A stretch of 64,000 nucleotides of DNA from Mobula hypostoma (lineage: Eukaryota): positions 106,828,001-106,892,000 of the forward strand of contig NC_086108.1 in the NCBI RefSeq assembly GCF_963921235.1, given 5' to 3'. The position numbers and the translations under genes are program-made. Below, piece after piece: positions 11,305 through 23,949 of the stretch (positions are counted from its first letter, which is position 1; each line of letters opens with the position of its first letter). Below the pieces are notes generated by a model, which saw only the letters and a program-made list of their open reading frames with translations, did no database searches and was not told the origin of the DNA.

Positions 11305-12215
11305 TTTTATTAAACACATTGATGAAGGGTGAGCAGTAGATGTAGTGTATATATGGATTTCAGCAAGGCATTTGATAAGGTACCCTGTGCAAGGCTTATT
11401 GAGAAAGTAAGGAGGCATGGGATCCAAGGGGGCATTGTTTTGTGGATCCAGAATTGACTTGCTCACAGAAGACAAAGAGTGGTTGTAGACAGGCCATATT
11501 CTGCATAGAGGTCAGTGACAAGTAGTGTGCCTCAGGGATCTGTTCGGGGACCCTTACTCTTCGTGATTTTTATAAATGACCTGGATGAGGAAGTGGAGGG
11601 ATGTGTTAGTAAGTTTGCTGATGACACAAAGGTTGGAGGTGTTGTGGATAGTGTGGAGGGCTGTCAGAGGTTACAGCAGGGCATCAATAGGATGCAAAAC
11701 TGGGCTGAGAAGTGGCAGATGGAGTTCAACCCAGATAAGTGTGAGGTGGTTCACTTTGGTAGGTCAAATATGATGGCAGAATATAGCATTAATGGCAAGA
11801 CTCTTGGCAGTGTGGAGGGTCAGAGGGATCTTGGGGTCCAAGTCCATAGGACACTCAAATCTGCTGCGCAGGTTGACTGTGTGGTTGAGAAAGTGTATGG
11901 TGCATTGGCCTTCATCAACTGTGGGATTCAGTTTAAGATCCGAGAGGTAATGTTACATCTTTATAGGACCCTGGACAGACCCTACCTGGAGTACTGTGCT
12001 CAGTTCTGGTCGCCTCACTACAGAAAGGATGTGGAAACCATAGAAAGGGTGTAGAGGAGATTTATAAGGATGTTGCCTGGATTGGGGAGCATGTCTTATG
12101 AGAATAGATTGAGTGAACTGGGCCTTTTCTCCTCGGAGCGACAGAGGATGAGAGGTGACCTGATTAAGGTGTACAAGATAATGAGATGCATTGATCGTGT
12201 GGATAGTCAGAGGCT
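11305..12215 (+). mobile_element. CR1 RT fragment
   Basis: SSVPQGSVRGPLLFVIFINDLDEE..KFADDTK..LEYCAQFWSPHYRKD, with several stops. Confidence 0.93.
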
Positions 12216-12234
12216 TCAGAAGTGGCAGATCAGA

Positions 12235-13025
12235 ATCTTTTTATTATTTTTTTTCCAAAATAAACACGAGTACATCGAAGTAAACAACACTTACAATGTC
12301 TCAAGAAAAAAAATTATATAAAGATTGAAAAAATTGTGATAAAAAAACCTTACTAAGCAAGAAAAGTGGGAAAAAAGAAAAATTCCATTAGGTGTTCAAC
12401 CCCAGAGCCATGCGTCATACATAAAGCTTCTAAAGATAAACATCAAACCGCCAGCAAAAAAGAAAAGTACCAAAAAAATTTACAATTACATCGTGGAGAA
12501 TCCACTGCTGTATACATATATCTACTGATGCTTCTGGACACATCTTCAGTGATGTTCCTGGAATCATCGGGTGTTTCGGGTCTTTCAACATCATACAACC
12601 TCCTCCAGGTGACCCAGCCGGGGCTGATCAGACCCCAGTTTTTGTCCAGATGGCTATCTACTCATGACTCCATGGCTCCCCTCTTCTGAGCCACAGCCAT
12701 CTTGAGGCCCTCTCTCCCTCATCGGTGGTACAGCGGATGGCTCTCCTCTTCCTCTCTCCCTCGATGCCCAAAATGCTGAAAACTCAAATGATAATAACGA
12801 GCAAATGAACCCCACCTTTTCTCAAAATCAAACATAGGTTCAAAGGTTCAACTTCTAATTTTCTCCAAACTAAGACATAGCATCACTAGAGAGAACCATT
12901 GTGACAAAGTGGGAGCCATTGTATCCTTCCACTTCAACAAAATAGCCCTCCTAGCTATCAATGTAATAAATGCAATAACATGTTGGTCAGACACAGAGAT
13001 ACCATGGATATTTTGAGGAATTAAT
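12235..13025 (-). mobile_element. L1-clade 3' end (second family), interrupted by a HERO fragment
   Basis: Minus strand of 12781-13025 reads IAFITLIARRAILLKWKDTMAPTLSQWFSLVMLCLSLEKIR (L1 ORF2 C-terminus); T-rich tail at 12238-12254. Confidence 0.75.
12510..12780 (-). mobile_element. HERO-like retrotransposon 3' end
   Basis: Minus strand reads FSILGIEGERKRRAIRCTTDEGERASRWLWLRR; 3' UTR ccccggctgggtcacctggaggag..gatgttgaaagacccgaaacacc..gatgtgtcc is homologous to 1440-1517 and 2108-2120. Confidence 0.75.
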
Positions 13026-13038
13026 ATTAATATTTATT

Positions 13039-14630
13039 GTGCTCTTAGATAAGTCCCCTGGTCCTGATGGGATGCATCCCAGGGTGCTGAAGGAATTGGT
13101 GAAGGTTATAGTAGATGTGTTGGTAATCCTTTATCAAAACTCTCCAGACTCTGGGCAGGTCCCAGCGGACTGGAAGACAGCAAATGTCACGCCACTTTTT
13201 AAAAAAGGATGTAGGCAAAAGATGGGCAACAATAGGCCAGTTAGCTTAACATCTGTAGTCAGGAAAATGCTTGAAGCTGTCATTAAGGAGGAAATAGTGA
13301 AACATTTAGAAAGGAGTGGTTCCATTAGACAGATGCAGCATGGATTCAGAAAGAGCAGGTCCTGTTTTACAAACATACTGGAGTTCTTTGAGGACATGAG
13401 TGCAGTAGATAGGGGAGAGCAGGTGGATGCAATGTACTTGGATTTCCAGAAGGCGTTCGATAAGGTGCTGCACAAGAGACTTATAAATAAGATATGGATG
13501 CATGGAGTCAGAGGAAATGTATTGGCATGGATAGTGGATTGGTTAACCAATAGAAGGCAGAGAGTTGGTATAATGGGTGTTTCTCCAGTTGGCAGTCAGT
13601 GGTGAGTGGGGTGCCACAGGGGTCAGTGCTGGGCCTGCAGCTGTTTACCATTTACATTGATGATTTGGAAGAGGGAACTGAGTGTAACATAACAAAATTT
13701 GCTGATGACACTAAACTGAGTGGAAAAGCAAATTGTACAGAGGATGTGGAGAGTATGTAGAGGGATATAGATAGGTTAAGTGAGTGGACCAAGGTCTGGC
13801 AGATGGAATACAACGTTGGTAAATGTGAGATCATCTACTTTGGAAGGAATAATAGAAGAGCAAATTATTATTTAAATGGTGAAAGATTACAGCATGCTGT
13901 TGTGCAGAGGGATTTTGGACTGCTTGTGCATGAATCACAAAAAGTTGGCTTGCAGGTAAAACAGATTATTAAGGCAAACAGAATGTTGGCCTTCATTGCT
14001 AGAGGGATTGAATTCAAGAGATGGAAGGTCATGCTGCAACTACGCAGAGTACTGGTGAGGCCACACCTGGAGTACTGTGTACAATTCTGGTCTCCATACT
14101 TAAGGAAGGATATACTGGCTTTGGAGGCAGTGCAGAGGAGGTTCACCAGGTTGATTCCAGGGATGAAGGGGTTAACCTATGAGGAGCGATTGAGTCGCCT
14201 GGGACTATACTCTCTGGAATTCAGAAGAATGAGAGGGGATCTTATAGAAACAAACAAAATTTTGAAAGGGATAGATAAGATAGAAGTAGGGAAGTTGTTT
14301 CCATTGGTAGGTGAGACTAGAACTAGGGGACATTGCCTCAAGATTCAGGGGAGAAGATTTAGGATGGAGATGAGGAGAAACTATTTTTCCTAGAGAGTGG
14401 TGAATCTGGAATTCTCTGCCCAGGGAAGTAGTTGAGGCTTCTTCACTAAATATATTTAAGATACAGTTAGATTGATTTTTACATAGTAGGGGAATTAAGG
14501 GTTATGGAGAAAAGGCAAGTAGATAGAGCTGAGTTTACAGACAAATCAGCCATGATCTTATTGAATGGCAGGGCAGGCTCAATGGGCCGGATGGCCGACT
14601 CCTGCTCCTATTTCTTATGTTCTCATGTTC
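13039..14630 (+). mobile_element. CR1 RT and 3' end, degenerate
   Basis: [41 protein letters not shown]; tail tatttcttatgttctcatgttct. Confidence 0.95.
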
Positions 14631-15496
14631 TCTTACATCTTTTGTGTAATTTTTGAGCTGCATTCAATGCAAAGTAACAATTATTTCATTCTCCTCACAT
14701 TTGTGTACAGGAAATGACAGTAAACAATCTTGGTCATAGTTTCAATGTAAACCACATTATAAAAAGTGGTTTAAAGCATTTATAGTGTAGTACAATGACT
14801 GAGGTAGTAGACAGAGGCAGCTGGTGTGGCTAACTAGAATGGCTGAACAGATTAACTGGCTGGGGGAAGAAACTTTTAAGGTGGCATGAAGTTTTTAAAG
14901 CCCTAGAGTGCTTTCCAGAAGGAAGATTTTGGGAGAAGTAGTTTGTTGGCTGGATAGTGTCTACAACTGACCATCTGCCACTGTCTGCTGATTAGAAAAT
15001 GGTAATGAGGTCCCTTTTGAAAACATCTGCTGTGTATGAGATGAAGCAATAATAACCATAGTATAATCAATGAGAGACCACACTAACTTGTGCATTCAAC
15101 AAGCCAGTGTGCAAAAGATAGCAAACTGTGCAAGACAATTAGCATATAAATGTGCATAGAATATCCTGTGCTACACAAGACATGCATTCTGAATTTTATT
15201 TTTATTTACTTATTTATGATAATATTTTGCTCTCTGTGCTGAGTGTGATATATGTTTTGTGGGGGCACTGATCTGGAGGAACAATGTTTCATTTGGTTGT
15301 ATACATGTACAGTCAGATGACAATAAACTTGAACTTGTTAATGGAGGAATATGGACAATTTGTAGGTAGAAGGGATTAGTTTAGTTTAGCATTTAATTAC
15401 TAGGTCAATTAATTCAGCACAGCATTATTGACTGAAAGGGAATTTCTACAGAAAGTGGTGGATACAGTCCAGCCCATCATAGGTAAAGCCCTACCC

Positions 15497-16585
15497 TGTC
15501 ATAAGGGGGTGCTGAAGGTGGACCCAGATGCAAGACACAGACACTAAAGTACTGGGAACTGGACTGTACTAGAGTTAGGGACAGGACTGGACACAGACTA
15601 GGAGCTGGGACAGGGACACAGACTTGGGCTAAGACTTCGGCTGAGAAAGCGGGACCAGGACAAGGAACTGGGAACTAGGAGCCTGGGCTTGAACTCCAAG
15701 CCAGAGACTGGACAGGGACCCAGAACCTGGGTCTTGACTTGGGCTCGGACCCTGGAACTAGGCGAGGACGTGACGTGGCTACAGGACTGGACACAGGCTT
15801 GGGCTCTTTGAGGCTTGGGTCAGTTAGGGCCCTTGAATACAGAGCCAGGACTCTAAGGAGCACAGGGCAGGGACCATTCCTAGGACACAGGGCTGGGCTG
15901 CTTTTGCAGGGCCCGGCCCCTTCCTTGGACGCCAAGCCGGGATGCTTACTAGGATGTGCAGCAGAGATAAACTGCTGAAGAAACTGTCAGGGATTCAGAT
16001 GGAGAGGGGAAGGGAACAGTCCAGCCTCAAGGTATGGCAAAGACAGCCTGGCTTACCCAACAGAGGTGAGGACAAGAAAGGACAGATCCAACCACAGGGC
16101 AACAGCAAGGACAGCCTGACTTACCCCACAGAGGCAAGGACAGGAAGAGAGCTCAATCCAGGGTGGCTCCAAGTCTCAGGGCAGCCAGCAACCTTGGCTG
16201 GCTAAGGAAACAGCCAAATCCATATCTAGCTCAGAGTAGCAGACCAGCACTCAGGTGGCCGCAGAAACAGCCAAATCCAGACCACAATGACTGCTCCCAC
16301 TAGAGACAACAAGACTCCATGAAGTGGTGGTCCACCAACCAGGCCTAGAGATCACAAATGGCTGCTCTAGCCTTCTATCAACAGGTTACTCCAAGGGGAT
16401 ATTGACAAAACAAACCAGCACACACACTTCATCCCAGGGCCACTTATATTCCAAGCCCCAAGACGAGTATCAGGTGCCTATGATTAAGCCCAAATGAAAC
16501 AAGGGACAGTCGGAAGACCCGGAGTCCGGAGTCCACAGACTGGACTGTGAACCGGAACACAGACTTCACGGACCAGACCATGACG
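15497..16585 (-). mobile_element. Solo LTR, family A (~1.1 kb)
   Basis: Termini TGTCATA..CATGACG; 5-bp TSD TACCC at 15492-15496 and 16586-16590; splits a Rex-like fragment; reverse-complement homologue of 25950-27196. Confidence 0.85.
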
Positions 16586-17912
16586 TACCCACCAACGAGC
16601 ACATCTACAAGGAGCATTGCCACAAGAAAGCAGCATCATCATCAACAACCCCCATATTCCAGGTCATGCTCACTTCTTGCTCCTACCACCGTGACGAGAA
16701 TGATACGGCAGTCTTAAGTCGCACACCATCAAATTCAGGAACAATTATTACCTTACAACCATCAGGGTCCTGAACCAGCTTAGATAACTTTGCTCATCTC
16801 AATGCTGAACTGATCCTACAACCTACAGACTCATTTTCCTGGACTCTGCAATTCATGTCCTTCGTATTAATTTTTTAAAATTTGAATAAATCATTTTCAT
16901 TTGGCTATCTTTTTTTATGTATAGATTTTCATGAATTTTATTGATTTATTTTCCTGCAGGTCAATTCAAGTTTATTATCATTGAGCTATAAATACATATA
17001 CCGTCAAACAAAACAATGTTTCTCTGAACCGGGTATAAAGCATAATAGTATACATAACACCCATAACACCTAATAACTTATAAAAGTAAGGATGAAATCT
17101 ACAGATGGATTACACGTAAATAAATGAACTAGAGTGCATAAGTTAAATATTGTAAGGTACAGAATAGGTTAACCAGTGACTCTTCGAATGCAATGCGGTA
17201 GGGAGTTCAGAATCCTAATGGCCTGAGGGAAGAAATTGTTTCCCATCCTGACTGTTCTTGTCTTTATGCATCTGAGTCTTCTGCCTGATGTAAAAAGTGA
17301 AAGAGGATGCTGCAATAATTGCAAGAAAATTAATCTCAAGGTAGTATACGGTGACATATATGTACTTTGATAATACATTTACTTTGACTTTTGATACTTT
17401 GATTTTGTACTCTTCTGTGTTTTATATTCTATGTGACATTCATATGGAACTGTACAAGCTAGAGCTTATGGAAGTAAAGTAGATACAGCTAATTGTTAAA
17501 TGTATAGCTTTGTTAATTAAATCATTCCTCAAGTATGATTGAATCCACTTGTACATTTTAGGAATCTGTTACAATTTAGTGCTGGTATAAAGAATATATG
17601 TTTAGTAGACACGCTGTTCTGCAAACAAAAATAATATATTGAAGGAGAAGGCAATACTGAGGTTTGTTTTGTATTGGGATGTTCAGAGCTTTTAGTAAGG
17701 ATGTGAAATCTTGTAATGAATGTAATGAGTGCATTGAGGTGTTCATTAGGGTCCACAATATTGCCAAGGTGTTTGCAGTCAGAGAAATGCTTCGCAAGGC
17801 CATTGAAGAAAATAATCAATATCTTAGTTGATGTAGTACTCTGACCAATTAAGTCAGAACAAAGCAGGCTACAAACTTAATACCATTTTTTTAAAAAACC
17901 TTCCTGGCATGT

Positions 17913-18095
17913 AACACATACAAAATGCTGGAGGAACTCAGCAGGTCAGGCAGCATCTATGGAAAAGAGTAAACAGCCAATGTTTCGGGGCAAGACGTTG
18001 ATTATTTACTCTTTTCTGTAGATGCTACCTGAACTACTGAATTCCTCCAGCATTTTGTGTGGGTTGCTGGATTTCCAGCACCTGCAGACTTTTTG
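17913..18095. mobile_element. Penelope-derived fold-back (inverted pLTR arms)
   Basis: acaaaatgctggaggaactcagcaggtcaggcagcatcta.. is complementary to ..tagatgctacctgaactactgaattcctccagcattttgt; the apex lies in a decayed hammerhead stem II near 17985-17995. Confidence 0.8.
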
Positions 18096-18224
18096 TATAC
18101 TGTCATGTGATTGACATGAAAAATCTCCATGATGTGTTTAAAGATATAAGAACATATGAAATAGGAGATGTTACATCAATCTGGGTCTTCCAACTAAACT
18201 CATCTTCCACGTTATTATAAGGTA

Positions 18225-18470
18225 TTTTTTTTCTGTTTCTCACACCATTCTCTGTAAACTCTAGAGACTGTTGTATGTGAAAATCCGAGGAGAACGATTG
18301 TTTCTGAGGCACTCAACCCACCCTATCTGGCACCAACAATCACTCTACAGTCAAAGTCACTTGAATCACATATCTTCCCCATTCTGATGTTTGGTCTGAA
18401 CAAAGAATGACCCTCTTGACCATGTCAGCATGCTTTTCTGACATGTGTGGCTGATTAGATATTTACGTGA
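18225..18470 (-). mobile_element. Tc1/mariner transposase 5' remnant
   Basis: Reverse complement of accaaacatcagaatggggaag..gactttgac..ttgttggtgccaga, as in 36490-36820. Confidence 0.75.
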
Positions 18471-18474
18471 TCTG

Positions 18475-20645
18475 ACGGCTCTGTGCTCGTACTTACTTGA
18501 GTTTGGAAGAGTGAGGGGCTATCTCATTGAAAGTGATGGAATATTGACTGGCCTAGATAGAGGAGAAGATGTTTCCTACAGTGGAGAATCAAGAACCAGC
18601 GGGCAGAATAGACAGATGACCATTTAGGACGGATATGAGGAGGAATTTCTTTAGCCAGAGAATAGTGAATCTGTAGAATTCATTGCCGCAGACAGTTATG
18701 GAGGACAAGTGATTAGAGATATTTAAAACAGAGGTTGATTGGTTCTTGATGAGTCAGGGCATCAAAGGGTATGGGAAGAAGGCAAGAGAATGGGGTTGGG
18801 AGAGATAACAGCCATGTTGGAATAGAACAGCAGACTCGATAGGCCAAATGGCCTAATTCTGCTGCTATATCTTATGGACATGGCTATAGGAATGTAATCA
18901 ACAGGCTAAAAATAGCATTACAAGGATGTTACCAGGACCTGAGGGCCTGTGGGAGAGGCTTGGCAGGTCAGGAGATTACTCCTTGGAGTGTAGGAAACTG
19001 AGGGGTAATCAAAAACTAAAGAGCATATGTTTAAGGTGAGATGGGAAACATTTAAATGGGACCTGAGGGACTTATTGAGTTAGCCAGGATATGGGGTATG
19101 AATTGCTATGGGAGATAGAAAAGCATGTAAAAAATGCAATGATAGTCATGAGGGATTTCAATATGCAGCTAGATTGGGAAAATTAGGTTGCTGGATCCCA
19201 AGAGAAAAAAAAAATTGCAGAATGCCTAGGAAGTAGCTTTTTAGGATAGCTTGGGGGTCGAGCTGACGAGGGAAAAGACAATTCTGGATTGGGTGTGATG
19301 TAATAAACCAGATCTAATTTGCAAGCTTAAGATAAAGGAACCCATAGGAGTTAGTGATCATCATATGATAGAATTCACTCTGCAGTTTGATAGGGAGAAG
19401 CTGAAATCAGATACCAGTATTACAGTCGAGTAAAGGTAGTTACAGAGATATGAGAGAGCAGCTGGCCAAAGTTGATTGGAAGTGGATTCTAGCAGGCATG
19501 ATGATAGAGCAATAAGGGCTAAAGTTTCTGGAAGTAATTCAAAAGATGCAGGATCAGATCACCTCAAAGAAGAAGTATTCTAGAAGGTGAATGAAGCAAT
19601 TGCGGCTGACAAGGAAAGTCAAAGACAACATAAGACAAAAGAGAGGTCATGCAATTTAGCAAAAAAGTCATGGGAAGCTAGAGGATTGGGAAATCTTTAA
19701 AAACCCACTGAAAAAAGCAATAAAGAGATAAAATATGAAATATGAATGTAAGTGGGACAGTAATATAAAAGAGGATACCAAAGGTTTGTTCTGATATAGA
19801 AAGAGTAAAAGAGAAGCCATAAAGGACATCAGATTGCTGGAAAATGCAAGCAAACACTTAAGAAAGATATCAGGAGGGCTAAAAGAAGACATGACATTGC
19901 CCAAGCAGACAAGGTGAAGAAGAAATCTAAGGGCTTCTACAAGCTACACTGAGGAATCGGTGGAACAGAGGAATCTGGAAATACAGATCCATAATTCCTT
20001 GAAAGTGGCATCATAGGTAGATAAGGTCATAAAGAATGCATTTAAAATGTTGGCCTTCATAAATCAATGTATTGAGTACAGAAATTGGGATATTATGTTG
20101 AAATTATATGAGATGTTGGTGAGGTCTAATTTGGAGTATTCTGTCCAGTTTTGGTCACCTAGCTACAGGAAGGATGTAAATAAGATTGAAAGAGTGCAGA
20201 GAGAATTTATAAGTGTGCGGCTGGGACTTGAGGTCCTGAGTTATAGGAACAGGTAAAATAGGTTACGACATTATTCCCCAGAACATAGAACATTGAGGGG
20301 CGATTTGATAGAGGTATATAAAATTATGAGGGCTATAGATAGGGTAAATGAAAACAGGCTTTTTCCTCTAAGGTTGGATGAGACTGAAACTAGAGGTCAT
20401 GTGTTAAGGGTGAAAGGTGAAATGTTTAAGGGGAACATGAAGGTAAACTTCTTCACTCAGATGTCGGTGAAAGTGGGTCGAGCTGCCAGTGAAAGTGGTG
20501 GCTGCAGGATCTATTTCAACATTTAAGAGAAATTTGGATAGGTACATGGGTGGGAGGTCGATTGTCCGGGTGGGAGGTCAATGGGACTAGGCAGATTAAT
20601 GATTCAGCACAAACTAGATGGGCTGAAGGGCCTGTTTCTGCACTG
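18475..20645 (+). mobile_element. Cluster of old CR1 fragments (3' ends and an APE-region piece at 19080-19860)
   Basis: RDFNMQLDWEN, GVSDHHMIEF, LEYSVQFWSPSYRKD and RGDLIEVYKIMR remnants. Confidence 0.85.
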
Positions 20646-20647
20646 TA

Positions 20648-22065
20648 CATTACTGTGCAAAAGTCTTTGGCACAAGTTTATAGCTAGGGTGCCTAAGAAC
20701 TTGGCACAGTTCTGTAGTATTTTATGTATTGCACCATACTGTTCCCACACAAAAAAAAAGAATTTCATGACGTGAGTGATGATAAACCTGATTCAGATAT
20801 GGGTTTCTATTGTGGATTGAGGTTGGGAAGGGGACAGGGAGAGGAGAATCATGGTTGGGGAAAAGGGAAAGGAAGAGTGGAGGGAGTGGGAAGCATGAGA
20901 GAGACTTTCTGTATTGACCAATAAACCAATTGTTTGGAATTAAATTACCTTCCCTGGTGTCTCAGAGCTGGGTAAGTCTGCATCCATGCTACACCCACCC
21001 CCAGCACTCCATTTCTGCCACCTGTCCTGCACCCCTCTGCGGTGCTCCACCCTCACCATTCCCAGCATCCTTTGCGCCCACCAAATGATCAAAATCGTTC
21101 TCTACTCCACATTGACAAAAAACAATACTGTGCACAAGTCTTTGGCAATCTAATTATATGTATATGTGCCTGGCAGTTGAAGGCCGTTGAGCAGGACACG
21201 GGCCAGAATCTTCCCCGCAATGGACAAGAGGGAGATGCCTCGGTGGTTGTCGCAAGACTGGCGGTTGCCTTTCCTCTTGTAGATGTGGGCTATGCTGGCA
21301 TCTTTCAGCTGTTGCGGGACCTGTCCCTTTTTCCACATGGGCTGGAAGAGTATAGTCAGCTTTTGCATCATGACAGGGCCTCCTGCTTTGTGTACCTCAG
21401 CAGGGATTGCATCGGGTCCTGGCGCTTTGCCACAGGAGAGTTGCTTCACTGCCTTCCTCAACCACTTTCAGCTGAGCTGTCTCCGCAGACTCCTCCATAT
21501 CAGGTGGCAGGACAAAGTCCCTGACACAGAAATCCTGGAACGAGCTGGGCTCTGCAGCGTCTACACCCTCCTGCTGAAAGCCCAAGCCAGGTGGGCTGGA
21601 CATGTGGTCAGAATGCCAGACAGCCGATTGCCTAAGCAGCTGCTGTACGGAGAACTGTGTCAGGGCAGGCGCTCAGTCGGGGGTCAGAAGATATGTTACA
21701 AAGACTGCCTCAAAGCATCCCTCAAAGGCCTGGGTGTCGACATCAACACATGGGAGAGGCTTGCCCTCGACCGTCCAGCTTGGCGCAGCAAGATCACCAC
21801 AGGAGCCCGTGCAGCTGAAGTTAGGCGCATCGTCGAGGCGCAACGAAAGCGTGCTGTGCGCAAGGCCCGAGCAGCATCCACTGCCACGACAGCACCCACC
21901 CACTTGTGTCCCACATGTGGGCGAGCCTTCAGGGCCCGGATTGGCCTCATCAGTCACCTCCGGACCCACAGCCACCAATCTCCCATTTGACTTTGAAGCC
22001 ATGGTCATCTTCGACTACGAAGGACGAACAACAACATATGTGCCTAAGACTTTTGGACATTACTG
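20648..22065. mobile_element. Composite Tc1-type non-autonomous element (hairpin mini-MITE at each end), copy A, interrupted by RTE
   Basis: Units resembling CAGTACTGTGCAAAAGTCTTAGGCAC..GTGCCTAAGACTTTTGCACAGTACTG at 20648-20714 and at 21123-21171 + 22046-22065; TA flanks; same interior as 33558-34070. Confidence 0.7.
21172..22035 (+). mobile_element. RTE (BovB-like) LINE with inverted 5' segment
   Basis: 21172-21460 minus strand: GKAPGPDAIPAEVHK..YKRKGNRQSCDNHRGISLLSIAGKILARVLLN. 21457-21990 plus strand: CLRRLLHIRWQDKVPD..RWAGHVVRM..RLPKQLLYGEL..CPTCGRAFRARIGLISHLRTH. (ACA)n tail; TSD ATATGTGCCT at 21162-21171 and 22036-22045. Confidence 0.93.
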
Positions 22066-22399
22066 TAATGTTCAATGATTCTACGACTCTAAAATGAGTC
22101 TCAAGGTTGAATATGTTGACATATGCACACTTTGATAATAAGTTTTCTCGTAAGTTTGAACTTTGACCTTAAGAATGGCAAAAAAGAAAAGACTAAATTA
22201 AAAGAACTGTAACAGGAATAATGTGCTGAAATAATTTAGAGATGTATTGACCAATATGGATTCAACATTGTGACCCTACAGCCACATTACCCAGGAGAGC
22301 ACAGATTTATGAAGTAGGTGGGTTCTTGACACCTTGAGCAAACCTTAATGAAATGCAGAGAGGCAATGGAAAAGCCTGAGCTTGCTGTATCGCTGTCCC

Positions 22400-22990
22400 A
22401 AGCTACACTTCAGTTTAGAGGGGCTTAGGAGTCCTCGCGCAGGATTCCCAGTGGTGAGGAAGGCAAATGCAATGTTAGCATTCATTTTGAGAAGACTAGA
22501 ATATAAAAGCAAGGATGTAATGCGGAGGCTTTGGAAGATAAGGTTAATGTTTAAGGAATATTTGATGGCACTAGGCCTATACTCACTGGAGTTCAGAAGA
22601 ATAAGGGTGAATTGCATTGAAACCAATCACATTTTTAAAGACCTACTGTATATTGAGTGGATGTGAGGAGGATGTTTCCTATAATGGGGGAGTCTAAGAC
22701 CAGAGACCACAACCTTAGAATAGAAGGGTGTCCCTTTAGAACAGATACAAGGAAGAATTACATTAGCCAGAGGGTGGTGTATGTGTGGAATTCATGCCAT
22801 GGACTGCTGTGGAGGCCAGCATTGGATAGATGTAAAGTGGAGGACTATAGGATCTTGACTGGTAATGTTGATCGAAGTCAAGAGAATGGGATTGAGAGTG
22901 ATAATAAATCAGCCATGATGGAATGGCAGAGCAGACTTGATGAGCCAAATGGCCTAAGTCTGCCTCTGAGTCCTTGATCCTCTGATCTTA
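22400..22990 (+). mobile_element. Old CR1 3' fragment
   Basis: VVRKANAMLAFI..LGLYSLEFRRIR..GESKTRDHNLRIEG. Confidence 0.85.
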
Positions 22991-23347
22991 TCTCTGAACC
23001 CGAATGGCCAAACAGATAAATTTAGACAAGTAGCTAGACTGAGCAGTGTTTACCACTCTCTGTATATTCTGGGGATCATGCACAGTGCAGTTGCCCCACC
23101 AGGTTGAGCTGCAAATTGTCAGGCTACTTTCTATAGAAAACTGTAGAAGTTGGAGAGGATCTATGTAGACATGGCAAACTTTTCCAGATGCCTGACAACA
23201 TGAATACTCTGAAACACCTATCTGATCATTGCTTCAGTACAGAGGGACCTCATGAAGCTACTGGTTAGATGGATACCAGAGCAGCACAAAAAAATAGTAA
23301 TAGAACTAGACCATTTGTCCAATCAAACCTGTCTCACCATACTCAAG

Positions 23348-23458
23348 GAAGAGGTACAGTTGACGTTTCAGGCCGACACCCTTTGTCAGGACTGCTGCGT
23401 TCACCAGCAACTTTGATGTGTGTTGCTTGAATTTCCAGCATCTGCAGAATTCCTCGTG
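23348..23458. mobile_element. 111-bp mini Penelope-like element (inverted hammerhead plus tail)
   Basis: 14-bp TSD TCACCRTACTCAAG at 23334-23347 and 23459-23472; hammerhead motif on the minus strand at 23357-23394 with CTGACAA core variant. Confidence 0.8.
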
Positions 23459-23474
23459 TCACCGTACTCAAGCC

Positions 23475-23687
23475 ACCCCACCAGGAACCAATAATCATTC
23501 TACAGTCAAAGTCGCTTAGGTCACATTATTTCCCCATTCTGATGTTTGGTCTGAGCAACAAATGAACCTCTTGACCTTGTCTGCATGCTTTTGTTTTGCA
23601 TTGTGTTGCTGCCACGTGATTGGCTGATTAGATATTGCATTAATAAGCAGGTATCCAGGTGTACCTAATAAAGTAGCCACTGTGTGT
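23475..23687 (-). mobile_element. Tc1 5' end remnant with TIR
   Basis: Ends gtgtacctaataaagtagccactgtgtg, the reverse complement of the TIR seen at 58908. Confidence 0.8.
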
Positions 23688-23949
23688 TGATCACTTTGCA
23701 AATACAAACCCTTCTTTGCTACACAAACAACATTGATTGGAGTGAGACTAATACTGTGTCCTCAATGAGACTCTGAACAAGACTCTAATTATTTGACATC
23801 ATTGGCGTACTTTGAACTTCTCTTCTGATGAGGCTTAAAGTTGACGTTATTGCCATCTGCAGAAGTACCTGTGCACAGGAAAGGGAAAAAAAAGGAAATT
23901 GCCTTTTAAACACACGAGAGAGCATAGACCATCAACTTTTTGCTGTTAA

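Noticed and set aside
21283..21990. 235-aa ORF ending in a C2H2-like finger as a possible host gene
   Set aside because: Chimera of antisense RTE sequence and the RTE ORF C-terminus across the inversion junction.
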